64,000 nucleotides of DNA, taken from Eledone cirrhosa. Its lineage: Eukaryota. The DNA is taken from NCBI GenBank assembly GCA_964016885.1, contig CAXHJY010001603.1, forward strand, positions 62,001 to 126,000, written 5' to 3'. Position numbers and translations under genes: made by a program. The notes below the pieces were generated by a model, which had not been told where the DNA came from, ran no database searches, and worked only from the letters and a program-made list of their open reading frames with translations. Below, piece by piece: positions 12,001 to 23,400 of this stretch (position 1 is its first letter; each line of letters begins with the position of its first letter).

Positions 12001-14589
12001 GTCCGGTTTTTTATTTGGGTGCCCCGTTTTTTTATGGGGGGTCCGTTTTTTATTTGGGGGCCCCGTTTTTTTATGGGGTGGTCCGGTTTTTTATTTGGGT
12101 GCCCCGTTTTTTTATGGGAGGGGTCCGTTTTTTATTTGGGTTTCCCCGTTTTTTATGGGGGGGGTCCGTTTTTTATTTGGGTGCCCCGTTTTTATTTGGT
12201 TGTCCTCTTTTTTTTATGGGGTCCGTTTTTTATTTGCGTGCCCTGTTTTTTATTTGGGCTCCCCTTTTTTTATTTGGGTGCCCCGTTTTTTTATGGGGGA
12301 GGGTCCGTTTTTTATTTGGGTGTCCCGTTTTTTATGGTGGGGGTCCGTTTTTTAATTGGGTGCCCCGTTTTTTTATGGGGCGGTCCGTTTTTTATTTAGA
12401 AGCCCCGTTTTTTATTTGGGTGACCCGTTTTTTATTTGGGTGCCCCGTTTTTTTATGGGGGTGCCGTTTTTTATTTGGGTGCCCCGTTTTTTATTTGGGT
12501 TCCCCGTTTTATTATGGGGGGCACCGTTTTTATTTGGGTGCCCCTTTTTTTATGGGGTTTGTCCGTTTTTTATTTGGGTGCCCCATTTTTTATGGGGGGT
12601 CTGTTTTTTATTTGGGTGCCCCGTTTTTATTTGGCTGCCCCGTTTTTATTTGGCTGCCCCGTTTTTTTATGGGGGGTCCGTTTTTTATTTGGGTGCCCCG
12701 TTTTTTTATGGGGTGGTCCGTTTTTTATTTGGGTGTCCCGTTTTTTATGGGGGTTCCGTTTTTTATTTGGGTGCCCCGTTTTTTATGGGGGGGTCCGTTA
12801 TTTATTTGGGTTTCCGTTTATTTTATGGGGGCGCTGTTTTTTATTTGGGTGCCCCTTTTTTTATTTTGGTGCCCCGTTTTTTTATGGGCGTGTCCATTTT
12901 TATTTGGGTGCCCCGTTCTTTATTTGGGGGCCCCTTTTTTTATGGGGGGTCCATTTTGTTATTTGGGTGCCCCGTTTTTTTATGGGGGGGTCCGTTTTTT
13001 ATTAGGGTGCCCCGTTTTTTTATGGGGGGGTCCGTTCTTTTATTTAGGTGCCACGTTTCTTATTTGGGTGCCCCGTTTTTTTATGGGGTGGTCCGTTTTT
13101 TATTTGGGTGTTCCGTTTTTTTATGGGGCGTCCGTTTTATATTTGAATGCCCCGTTCTTTTATGGGGGTTCCGTTTTTTATTTGGGTGCCCCGTTTTTTT
13201 ATGGGGGGTCCATTTTTTATTTGGGTTCCAGTTTTTTATGGGGTGTCCGTGTTTTATTAGGGTGCCCCGTTTTTTATGGGGGCGTCCGTTATTTATTTCG
13301 GTGCCCCGTTTTTTTATGGGGTGGTCCGTTTTTTATTTAGGTGCCTCGTTTTTTATGGGGGGGTCCGTTTCTTATTTGGGTGCCTCGTTTTTTGTATGGG
13401 GGGCGCGTTTATTATTTGGGTGCCCCGTTTTTATTTGGGTGTACCGTTTTTCTTATGGGGTCCTTTTTTTATTTGGGTGCCCCGTTTTTTTATGGGGGGT
13501 CCGTTTTTTATTTGGGTGCCCCGTTTTTTTATGGGGGAGGGTTCGTTTTTTATTTGGGTGCCCCGTTTTTATGGTGGGGGGTCCGTTTTTTAATTGGGTG
13601 CCCCGTTTTTTAATGGGGCGGTCCGTTTTTTATTTAGATGCCCCCTTTTTTATTTGGGTGACCCGTTTTTTATTTGGGTGCCCCGTTTTTTTATGGGGGT
13701 CCGTTTTTTATTTGGGTGCCCCGTTTTTTATTTGGGTGCCCCGTTTTTTATTTGGGCGCCCCGTTTTTTTATGGGGGTCCATTTTTTATTTGGGTGCCCC
13801 GTTTTTTTATGGGGGGGTCCGTTTTTGATTAGGGTGCCCCGTTTTTTTATGGGGGGGGGGTCCGTTTTTTATTTAGGTGCCACGTTTTTTATTTGGGTGC
13901 CCCGTTTTTTTATGGGGTGGTCCGTTTTTTATTTGGGTGTTCCGTTTTTTTATGGGGGGTCCGTTTTATATTTGGATGCCCCGTTTTTTTATGGAGGGTT
14001 CCGTTTTTTATTTGGGTGCCCCGTTTTTTATTTGCGTGCCCCGTTTTTTTATGGGGGGCGCCGTTTTTTATTTAGGTGCCCCGTTTTTATTTGGGTGTCT
14101 CGTTTTTTTATGGGGGTCCGTTTTTTATTTGGGTGCCCCGTTTTTTATTTGGTTGCCCCGTTTTTTGGGGGGGAGCCCCGTTTTTTTATGGGGGGTCCAT
14201 TTTTTATTTGGGTGCCCCGTTATTTATTTGGGTGCCCCATTTTTTATTAGGGTGCCCCGTTTTTTATGGGGGGGTCCGTTTTTTATTAGGGTGTCCCGTT
14301 TTTTTATGGGGGGGGTCCGTTTTTTTATTTAGGTGCCCCGTTTTTTATGGGGGGGTCCGTTTCTTATTTAGGTGCCCCGTTTTTTATTTGGGTGCCCCGT
14401 TATTTATTTCGGTGCCCCGTTTTTTTATGGGGTGGTCCGTTTTTTATTTGGGTGTCCCGTTTTTTATGGGGGTTCCGTTTTTTATTTGGGTGCCCCGTTT
14501 TTTATGGGGGGGTCCGTTATTTATTTGGGTTTCCGTTTATTTTATGGGGGCGCTGTTTTTTATTTGGGTGCCCCTTTTTTTATTTTGGT
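1..14589 (+). repeat. Degenerate ~20-bp minisatellite/satellite array (runs off the left edge). Unit X is ~TTTTTTATTTGGGTGCCCCG and unit Y is ~TTTTTTTATGGGGGGTCCG, often paired as a ~39-40-bp XY dimer. About 730 units by length.
   Basis: Direct reading: the same motif recurs every 19-21 bp from base 1 to 14589, with variable T- and G-run lengths and scattered substitutions. The overlapping + strand ORFs are recurring peptides (YLGAPFF/IWVPRF/FGCPVF), i.e. the three frames of the unit. Confidence 0.97.
13430..14400 (+). repeat. ~1-kb internal segmental duplication of ~6980-7950 within the minisatellite; boundaries approximate
   Basis: Near-identical pseudo-ORFs at constant offset 6449 (7145/13594, 7428/13877, 7444/13893, 7627/14076). 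Shared rare variants include TTTTGATTAGGG and ATGGAGGGTTCC. Confidence 0.8.
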
Positions 14590-15347
14590 TTCGAAGAAAA
14601 CGAATCCAAAAATGACGATTTGCCGGCGGAGTTACCTTTTCAATCGCGGGCCGGCCGCCCGTGGTCGGATTGATCTGTAATAACTGGTACATGTGCAGAC
14701 ACTCATTGGCTATGTGTGGCCTGAATTTCAGCAAGATATCTCCGTAAAATCAATAGTTGTGGCTGTGGAACAAAACCGTGTTAAACGTCAACAAAGTCCG
14801 GCGGCGAATGGTGTGCTTCGAAGAAAACGAATTACAAAAATGACGATTTGCCGGCGAAGTTACCTTTCCCATCGCGGGCCGGCCGCCCGTGGTCGGATTG
14901 ATCTGTAATAACTGGTACATGTGCAGACACTCATTGGCTATGTGTGGCGTGAATTTTAGCAAGATATCTCCGTAAAATCAATAGTTGTGGCTGTGGAACC
15001 AAACCGTGTTAAACGTCAACATAGTCCGGCGGCGAATGGTGTGCTTCGAAGAAAACGAATTACAAAAATGACGATTTGCCGGCGGAGTTACCTTTCCCAT
15101 CGCGGGCCGGCCGCCCGTGGTCGCATCGATCTGTAATTACTGGTACATGTGCAGACACTCATTGGCTATGTGTGGCCTAAAGTTCAGCAAGATATCTCCG
15201 TAAAATCAATAGTTGTGGCTGTGGAACCAAACCGTGTTAAACGTCAACATAGTCCGGCGGCGAATGGTGTGCTTCGAAGAAAACGAATTACAAAAATGAC
15301 GATTTGCCGGCGGAGTTACCTTTTCAATCGCGGGCCGGCCGCCCGTG
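14590..15347 (+). repeat. Left copy of the ~758-bp direct repeat bounding subfamily A
   Basis: Same order of monomer haplotypes as 31676-32433, including the private variant CCTAAAGTT at 15176-15184. Offset is 17,086 (ORFs 14693/31779 and 15149/32235). Confidence 0.85.
14816..14832 (+). other. CENP-B-box-like 17-mer CTTCGAAGAAAACGAAT (first full copy; one per monomer)
   Basis: Matches 11/17 positions of CTTCGTTGGAAACGGGA and 7/9 of the essential TTCG-n4-A-n2-CGGG positions. The final GG is missing. This is resemblance only and function is not shown. Confidence 0.3.
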
Positions 15348-17427
15348 GTCGGATTGATCTGTAATAACTGGTACATGTGCAGACACTCATTGGCTATGAG
15401 TGGCCTGAATTTCAGCAAGATATCTCCGTAAAATCAATAGTTGTGGCTGTGGAACCAAACCGTGTTAAACGTCAACATAGTCCGGCGGCGAATGGTGTGC
15501 TTCGAAGAAAACGAATTACAAAAATGACGATTTGCCGGCGGAGTTACCTTTTCAATCGCGGGCCGGCCGCCCGTGGTCGGATTGATCTGTAATAACTGGT
15601 ACATGTGCAGACACTCATTGGCTATGTGTGGCCTGAATTTCAGCAAGATATCTCCGTAAAATCAATAGTTGTGGCTGTGGAACAAAACCGTGTTAAACGT
15701 CAACATAGTCCGGCGGCGAATGGTGTGCTTCGAAGAAAACGAATTACAAAAATGACGATTTGCCGGCGGAGTTACCTTTTCAATCGCGGGCCGGCCGCCC
15801 GTGGTCGGATTGATCTGTAATAACTGATACATGTGCAGACACTCATTGGCTATGTGTGGCCTGAATTTCAGCAAGATATCTCCGTAAAATCAATAGTTGT
15901 GGCTGTGGAACAAAACCGTGTTAAACGTCAACAAAGTCCGCCGGCGAATGGTGTGCTTCGAAGAAAACGAATCCCAAAATGACGATTTGCCGGCGGAGTT
16001 ACCTTTTCAATCGCGGGCCGGCCGCCCGTGGTCGGATTGATCTGTAATAACTGGTACATGTGCAGACACTCATTGGATATGTGTGGCGTGAATTTCAGCA
16101 AGATATCTCCGTAAAATCAATAGTTGTGGCTGTGGAACCAAACCGTGTTAAACGTCAACATAGTCCGGCGGCGAATGGTGTGCTTCGAAGAAAACGAATT
16201 ACAAAAATGACGATTTGCCGGCGGAGTTACCTTTTCCATCGCGGGCCGGCCGCCCGTGGTCGCATCGATCTGTAATTACTGGTACATGTGCAGACACTCA
16301 TTGGCTATGTGTGGCCTGAATTTCAGCAAGATATCTCCGTAAAATCAATAGTTGTGGCTGTGGAACCAAACCGTGTTAAACGTCAACAAAGTCCGGCGGC
16401 GAATGGTGTGCTTCGAAGAAAACGAATTACAAAAATGACGATTTGCCGGCGAAGTTACCTTTCCCATCGCGGGCCGGCCGCCCGTGGTCGGATTGATCTG
16501 TAATAACTGGTACATGTGCAGACACTCATTGGCTATGTGTGGCGTGAATTTTAGCAAGATATCTCCGTAAAATCAATAGTTGTGGCTGTGGAACCAAACC
16601 GTGTTAAACGTCAACAAAGTCCGGCGGCGAATGGTGTGCTTCGAAGAAAACGAATCACAAAAATGACGATTTGCCGGCGGAGTTACCTCTTCAATCGCGG
16701 GCCGGCCGCCCGTGGTCGGATTGATCTGTAATAACTGGTACATGTGCAGACACTCATTGGCTATGTGTGGCCTGAATTTCAGCAAGATATCTCCGTAAAA
16801 TCAATAGTTGTGGCTGTGGAACCAAACCGTGTTAAACGTCAACATAGTCCGGCGGCGAATGGTGTGCTTCGAAGAAAACGAATTACAAAAATGACGATTT
16901 GCCGGCGGAGTTACCTTTTCCATCGCGGGCCGGCCGCCCGTGGTCGCATCGATCTGTAATTACTGGTACATGTGCAGACACTCATTGGCTATGTGTGGCC
17001 TGAATTTCAGCAAGATATCTCCGTAAAATCAATAGTTGTGGCTGTGGAACCAAACCGTGTTAAACGTCAACAAAGTCCGGCGGCGAATGGTGTGCTTCGA
17101 AGAAAACGAATCACAAAAATGACGATTTGCCGGCGGAGTTACCTCTTCAATCGCGGGCCGGCCGCCCGTGGTCGGATTGATCTGTAATAACTGGTACATG
17201 TGCAGACACTCATTGGCTATGTGTGGCGTGAATTTCAGCAAGATATCTCCGTAAAATCAATAGTTGTGGCTGTGGAACCAAACCGTGTTAAACGTCAACA
17301 TAGTCCGGCGGCGAATGGTGTGCTTCGAAGAAAACGAATTACAAAAATGACGATTTGCCGGCGGAGTTACCTTTTCAATCGCGGGCCGGCCGCCCGTGGT
17401 CGGATTGATCTGTAATAACTGGTACAT

Positions 17428-20400
17428 GTGCAGACACTCATTGGCTATGTGTGGCCTGAATTTCAGCAAGATATCTCCGTAAAATCAATAGTTGTGGCTG
17501 TGGAACCAAACCGTGTTAAACGTCAACATAGTCCGGCGGCGAATGGTGTGCTTCGAAGAAAACGAATTACAAAAATGACGATTTGCCGGCGGAGTTACCT
17601 TTTCAATCGCGGGCCGGCCGCCCGTGGTCGGATTGATCTGTAATAACTGGTACATGTGCAGACACTCATTGGCTATGTGTGGCCTGAATTTCAGCAAGAT
17701 ATCTCCGTAAAATCAATAGTTGTGGCTGTGGAACCAAACCGTGTTAAACGTCAACAAAGTCCGCCGGCGAATGGTGTGCTTCGAAGAAAACGAATCCAAA
17801 AATGACGATTTGCCGGCGGAGTTACCTTTTCAATCGCGGGCCGGCCGCCCGTGGTCGGATTGATCTGTAATAACTGGTACATGTGCAGACACTCATTGGC
17901 TATGTGTGGCGTGAATTTCAGCAAGATATCTCCGTAAAATCAATAGTTGTGGCTGTGGAACCAAACCGTGTTAAACGTCAACATAGTCCGGCGGCGAATG
18001 GTGTGCTTCGAAGAAAACGAATTACAAAAATGACGATTTGCCGGCGGAGTTACCTTTTCCATCGCGGGCCGGCCGCCCGTGGTCGGATTGATCTGTAATA
18101 ACTGGTACATGTGCAGACACTCATTGGCTATGTGTGGCGTGAATTTTAGCAAGATATCTCCGTAAAATCAATAGTTGTGGCTGTGGAACCAAACCGTGTT
18201 AAACGTCAACAAAGTCCGGCGGCGAATGGTGTGCTTCGAAGAAAACGAATCACAAAAATGACGATTTGCCGGCGGAGTTACCTCTTCAATCGCGGGCCGG
18301 CCGCCCGTGGTCGGATTGATCTGTAATAACTGGTACATGTGCAGACACTCATTGGCTATGTGTGGCCTGAATTTCAGCAAGATATCTCCGTAAAATCAAT
18401 AGTTGTGGCTGTGGAACAAAACCGTGTTAAACATCAACAAAGTCCGCCGGCGAATGGTGTGCTTCGAAGAAAACGAATCCAAAAATGACGATTTGCCGGC
18501 GGAGTTACCTTTTCAATCGCGGGCCGGCCGCCCGTGGTCGGATTGATCTGTAATAACTGGTACATGTGCAGACACTCATTGGATATGTGTGGCGTGAATT
18601 TCAGCAAGATATCTCCGTAAAATCAATAGTTGTGGCTGTGGAACCAAACCGTGTTAAACGTCAACATAGTCCGGCGGCGAATGGTGTGCTTCGAAGAAAA
18701 CGAATTACAAAAATGACGATTTGCCGGCGGAGTTACCTTTTCCATCGCGGGCCGGCCGCCCGTGGTCGCATCGATCTGTAATTACTGGTACATGTGCAGA
18801 CACTCATTGGCTATGTGTGGCCTGAATTTCAGCAAGATATCTCCGTAAAATCAATAGTTGTGGCTGTGGAACCAAACCGTGTTAAACGTCAACAAAGTCC
18901 GGCGGCGAATGGTGTGCTTCGAAGAAAACGAATCACAAAAATGACGATTTGCCGGCGGAGTTACCTCTTCAATCGCGGGCCGGCCGCCCGTGGTCGGATT
19001 GATCTGTAATAACTGGTACATGTGCAGACACTCATTGGCTATGTGTGGCGTGAATTTCAGCAAGATATCTCCGTAAAATCAATAGTTGTGGCTGTGGAAC
19101 CAAACCGTGTTAAACGTCAACATAGTCCGGCGGCGAATGGTGTGCTTCGAAGAAAACGAATTACAAAAATGACGATTTGCCGGCGGAGTTACCTTTTCAA
19201 TCGCGGGCCGGCCGCCCGTGGTCGGATTGATCTGTAATAACTGGTACATGTGCAGACACTCATTGGCTATGTGTGGCCTGAATTTCAGCAAGATATCTCC
19301 GTAAAATCAATAGTTGTGGCTGTGGAACCAAACCGTGTTAAACGTCAACATAGTCCGGCGGCGAATGGTGTGCTTCGAAGAAAACGAATTACAAAAATGA
19401 CGATTTGCCGGCGGAGTTACCTTTTCAATCGCGGGCCGGCCGCCCGTGGTCGGATTGATCTGTAATAACTGGTACATGTGCAGACACTCATTGGCTATGT
19501 GTGGCGTGAATTTCAGCAAGATATCTCCGTAAAATCAATAGTTGTGGCTGTGGAACCAAACCGTGTTAAACGTCAACATAGTCCGGCGGCGAATGGTGTG
19601 CTTCGAAGAAAACGAATTACAAAAATGACGATTTGCCGGCGGAGTTACCTTTTCAATCGCGGGCCGGCCGCCCGTGGTCGGATTGATCTGTAATAACTGG
19701 TACATGTGCAGACACTCATTGGCTATGTGTGGCCTGAATTTCAGCAAGATATCTCCGTAAAATCAATAGTTGTGGCTGTGGAACCAAACCGTGTTAAACG
19801 TCAACATAGTCCGGCGGCGAATGGTGTGCTTCGAAGAAAACGAATTACAAAAATGACGATTTGCCGGCGGAGTTACCTTTTCAATCGCGGGCCGGCCGCC
19901 CGTGGTCGGATTGATCTGTAATAACTGGTACATGTGCAGACACTCATTGGCTATGTGTGGCCTGAATTTCAGCAAGATATCTCCGTAAAATCAATAGTTG
20001 TGGCTGTGGAACAAAACCGTGTTAAACGTCAACAAAGTCCGCCGGCGAATGGTGTGCTTCGAAGAAAACGAATCCAAAAATGACGATTTGCCGGCGGAGT
20101 TACCTTTTCAATCGCGGGCCGGCCGCCCGTGGTCGGATTGATCTGTAATAACTGGTACATGTGCAGACACTCATTGGCTATGTGTGGCCTGAATTTCAGC
20201 AAGATATCTCCGTAAAATCAATAGTTGTGGCTGTGGAACCAAACCGTGTTAAACGTCAACATAGTCCGGCGGCGAATGGTGTGCTTCGAAGAAAACGAAT
20301 TACAAAAATGACGATTTGCCGGCGGAGTTACCTTTTCCATCGCGGGCCGGCCGCCCGTGGTCGCATCGATCTGTAATTACTGGTACATGTGCAGACACTC

Positions 20401-23400
20401 ATTGGCTATGTGTGGCCTGAATTTCAGCAAGATATCTCCGTAAAATCAATAGTTGTGGCTGTGGAACCAAACCGTGTTAAACGTCAACAAAGTCCGGCGG
20501 CGAATGGTGTGCTTCGAAGAAAACGAATTACAAAAATGACGATTTGCCGGCGAAGTTACCTTTCCCATCGCGGGCCGGCCGCCCGTGGTCGGATTGATCT
20601 GTAATAACTGGTACATGTGCAGACACTCATTGGCTATGTGTGGCGTGAATTTTAGCAAGATATCTCCGTAAAATCAATAGTTGTGGCTGTGGAACCAAAC
20701 CGTGTTAAACGTCAACAAAGTCCGGCGGCGAATGGTGTGCTTCGAAGAAAACGAATCACAAAAATGACGATTTGCCGGCGGAGTTACCTCTTCAATCGCG
20801 GGCCGGCCGCCCGTGGTCGGATTGATCTGTAATAACTGGTACATGTGCAGACACTCATTGGCTATGTGTGGCCTGAATTTCAGCAAGATATCTCCGTAAA
20901 ATCAATAGTTGTGGCTGTGGAACAAAACCGTGTTAAACGTCAACAAAGTCCGCCGGCGAATGGTGTGCTTCGAAGAAAACGAATCCAAAAATGACGATTT
21001 GCCGGCGGAGTTACCTTTTCAATCGCGGGCCGGCCGCCCGTGGTCGGATTGATCTGTAATAACTGGTACATGTGCAGACACTCATTGGATATGTGTGGCG
21101 TGAATTTCAGCAAGATATCTCCGTAAAATCAATAGTTGTGGCTGTGGAACCAAACCGTGTTAAACGTCAACATAGTCCGGCGGCGAATGGTGTGCTTCGA
21201 AGAAAACGAATTACAAAAATGACGATTTGCCGGCGGAGTTACCTTTTCCATCGCGGGCCGGCCGCCCGTGGTCGCATCGATCTGTAATTACTGGTACATG
21301 TGCAGACACTCATTGGCTATGTGTGGCCTGAATTTCAGCAAGATATCTCCGTAAAATCAATAGTTGTGGCTGTGGAACCAAACCGTGTTAAACGTCAACA
21401 AAGTCCGGCGGCGAATGGTGTGCTTCGAAGAAAACGAATCACAAAAATGACGATTTGCCGGCGGAGTTACCTCTTCAATCGCGGGCCGGCCGCCCGTGGT
21501 CGGATTGATCTGTAATAACTGGTACATGTGCAGACACTCATTGGCTATGTGTGGCCTGAATTTCAGCAAGATATCTCCGTAAAATCAATAGTTGTGGCTG
21601 TGGAACCAAACCGTGTTAAACGTCAACATAGTCCGGCGGCGAATGGTGTGCTTCGAAGAAAACGAATTACAAAAATGACGATTTGCCGGCGGAGTTACCT
21701 TTTCAATCGCGGGCCGGCCGCCCGTGGTCGGATTGATCTGTAATAACTGGTACATGTGCAGACACTCATTGGCTATGTGTGGCCTGAATTTCAGCAAGAT
21801 ATCTCCGTAAAATCAATAGTTGTGGCTGTGGAACCAAACCGTGTTAAACGTCAACAAAGTCCGCCGGCGAATGGTGTGCTTCGAAGAAAACGAATCCAAA
21901 AATGACGATTTGCCGGCGGAGTTACCTTTTCAATCGCGGGCCGGCCGCCCGTGGTCGGATTGATCTGTAATAACTGGTACATGTGCAGACACTCATTGGC
22001 TATGTGTGGCGTGAATTTCAGCAAGATATCTCCGTAAAATCAATAGTTGTGGCTGTGGAACCAAACCGTGTTAAACGTCAACATAGTCCGGCGGCGAATG
22101 GTGTGCTTCGAAGAAAACGAATTACAAAAATGACGATTTGCCGGCGGAGTTACCTTTTCCATCGCGGGCCGGCCGCCCGTGGTCGGATTTATCTGTAATA
22201 ACTGGTACATGTGCAGACACTCATTGGCTATGTGTGGCGTGAATTTTAGCAAGATATCTCCGTAAAATCAATAGTTGTGGCTGTGGAACCAAACCGTGTT
22301 AAACGTCAACAAAGTCCGGCGGCGAATGGTGTGCTTCGAAGAAAACGAATCACAAAAATGACGATTTGCCGGCGGAGTTACCTCTTCAATCGCGGGCCGG
22401 CCGCCCGTGGTCGGATTGATCTGTAATAACTGGTACATGTGCAGACACTCATTGGCTATGTGTGGCCTGAATTTCAGCAAGATATCTCCGTAAAATCAAT
22501 AGTTGTGGCTGTGGAACAAAACCGTGTTAAACATCAACAAAGTCCGCCGGCGAATGGTGTGCTTCGAAGAAAACGAATCCAAAAATGACGATTTGCCGGC
22601 GGAGTTACCTTTTCAATCGCGGGCCGGCCGCCCGTGGTCGGATTGATCTGTAATAACTGGTACATGTGCAGACACTCATTGGATATGTGTGGCGTGAATT
22701 TCAGCAAGATATCTCCGTAAAATCAATAGTTGTGGCTGTGGAACCAAACCGTGTTAAACGTCAACATAGTCCGGCGGCGAATGGTGTGCTTCGAAGAAAA
22801 CGAATTACAAAAATGACGATTTGCCGGCGGAGTTACCTTTTCCATCGCGGGCCGGCCGCCCGTGGTCGCATCGATCTGTAATTACTGGTACATGTGCAGA
22901 CACTCATTGGCTATGTGTGGCCTGAATTTCAGCAAGATATCTCCGTAAAATCAATAGTTGTGGCTGTGGAACCAAACCGTGTTAAACGTCAACAAAGTCC
23001 GGCGGCGAATGGTGTGCTTCGAAGAAAACGAATCACAAAAATGACGATTTGCCGGCGGAGTTACCTCTTCAATCGCGGGCCGGCCGCCCGTGGTCGGATT
23101 GATCTGTAATAACTGGTACATGTGCAGACACTCATTGGCTATGTGTGGCGTGAATTTCAGCAAGATATCTCCGTAAAATCAATAGTTGTGGCTGTGGAAC
23201 CAAACCGTGTTAAACGTCAACATAGTCCGGCGGCGAATGGTGTGCTTCGAAGAAAACGAATTACAAAAATGACGATTTGCCGGCGGAGTTACCTTTTCAA
23301 TCGCGGGCCGGCCGCCCGTGGTCGGATTGATCTGTAATAACTGGTACATGTGCAGACACTCATTGGCTATGTGTGGCCTGAATTTCAGCAAGATATCTCC

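Noticed and set aside
1-14589. Telomeric array (TTAGGG, TTTAGG or TTATTTGGG-like words)
   Set aside because: These words are sporadic variants within a 20-bp unit and never tandem. The G-rich strand points into the satellite rather than toward the left end, and variation is too high for telomerase-templated repeats.
38-14680. Long + strand ORFs up to 1060 aa rich in F/G/P/V
   Set aside because: They are open in all three frames because the A-poor repeat rarely forms stops. The peptides switch between three frame-equivalent motifs at homopolymer slips, and no domain is recognisable.
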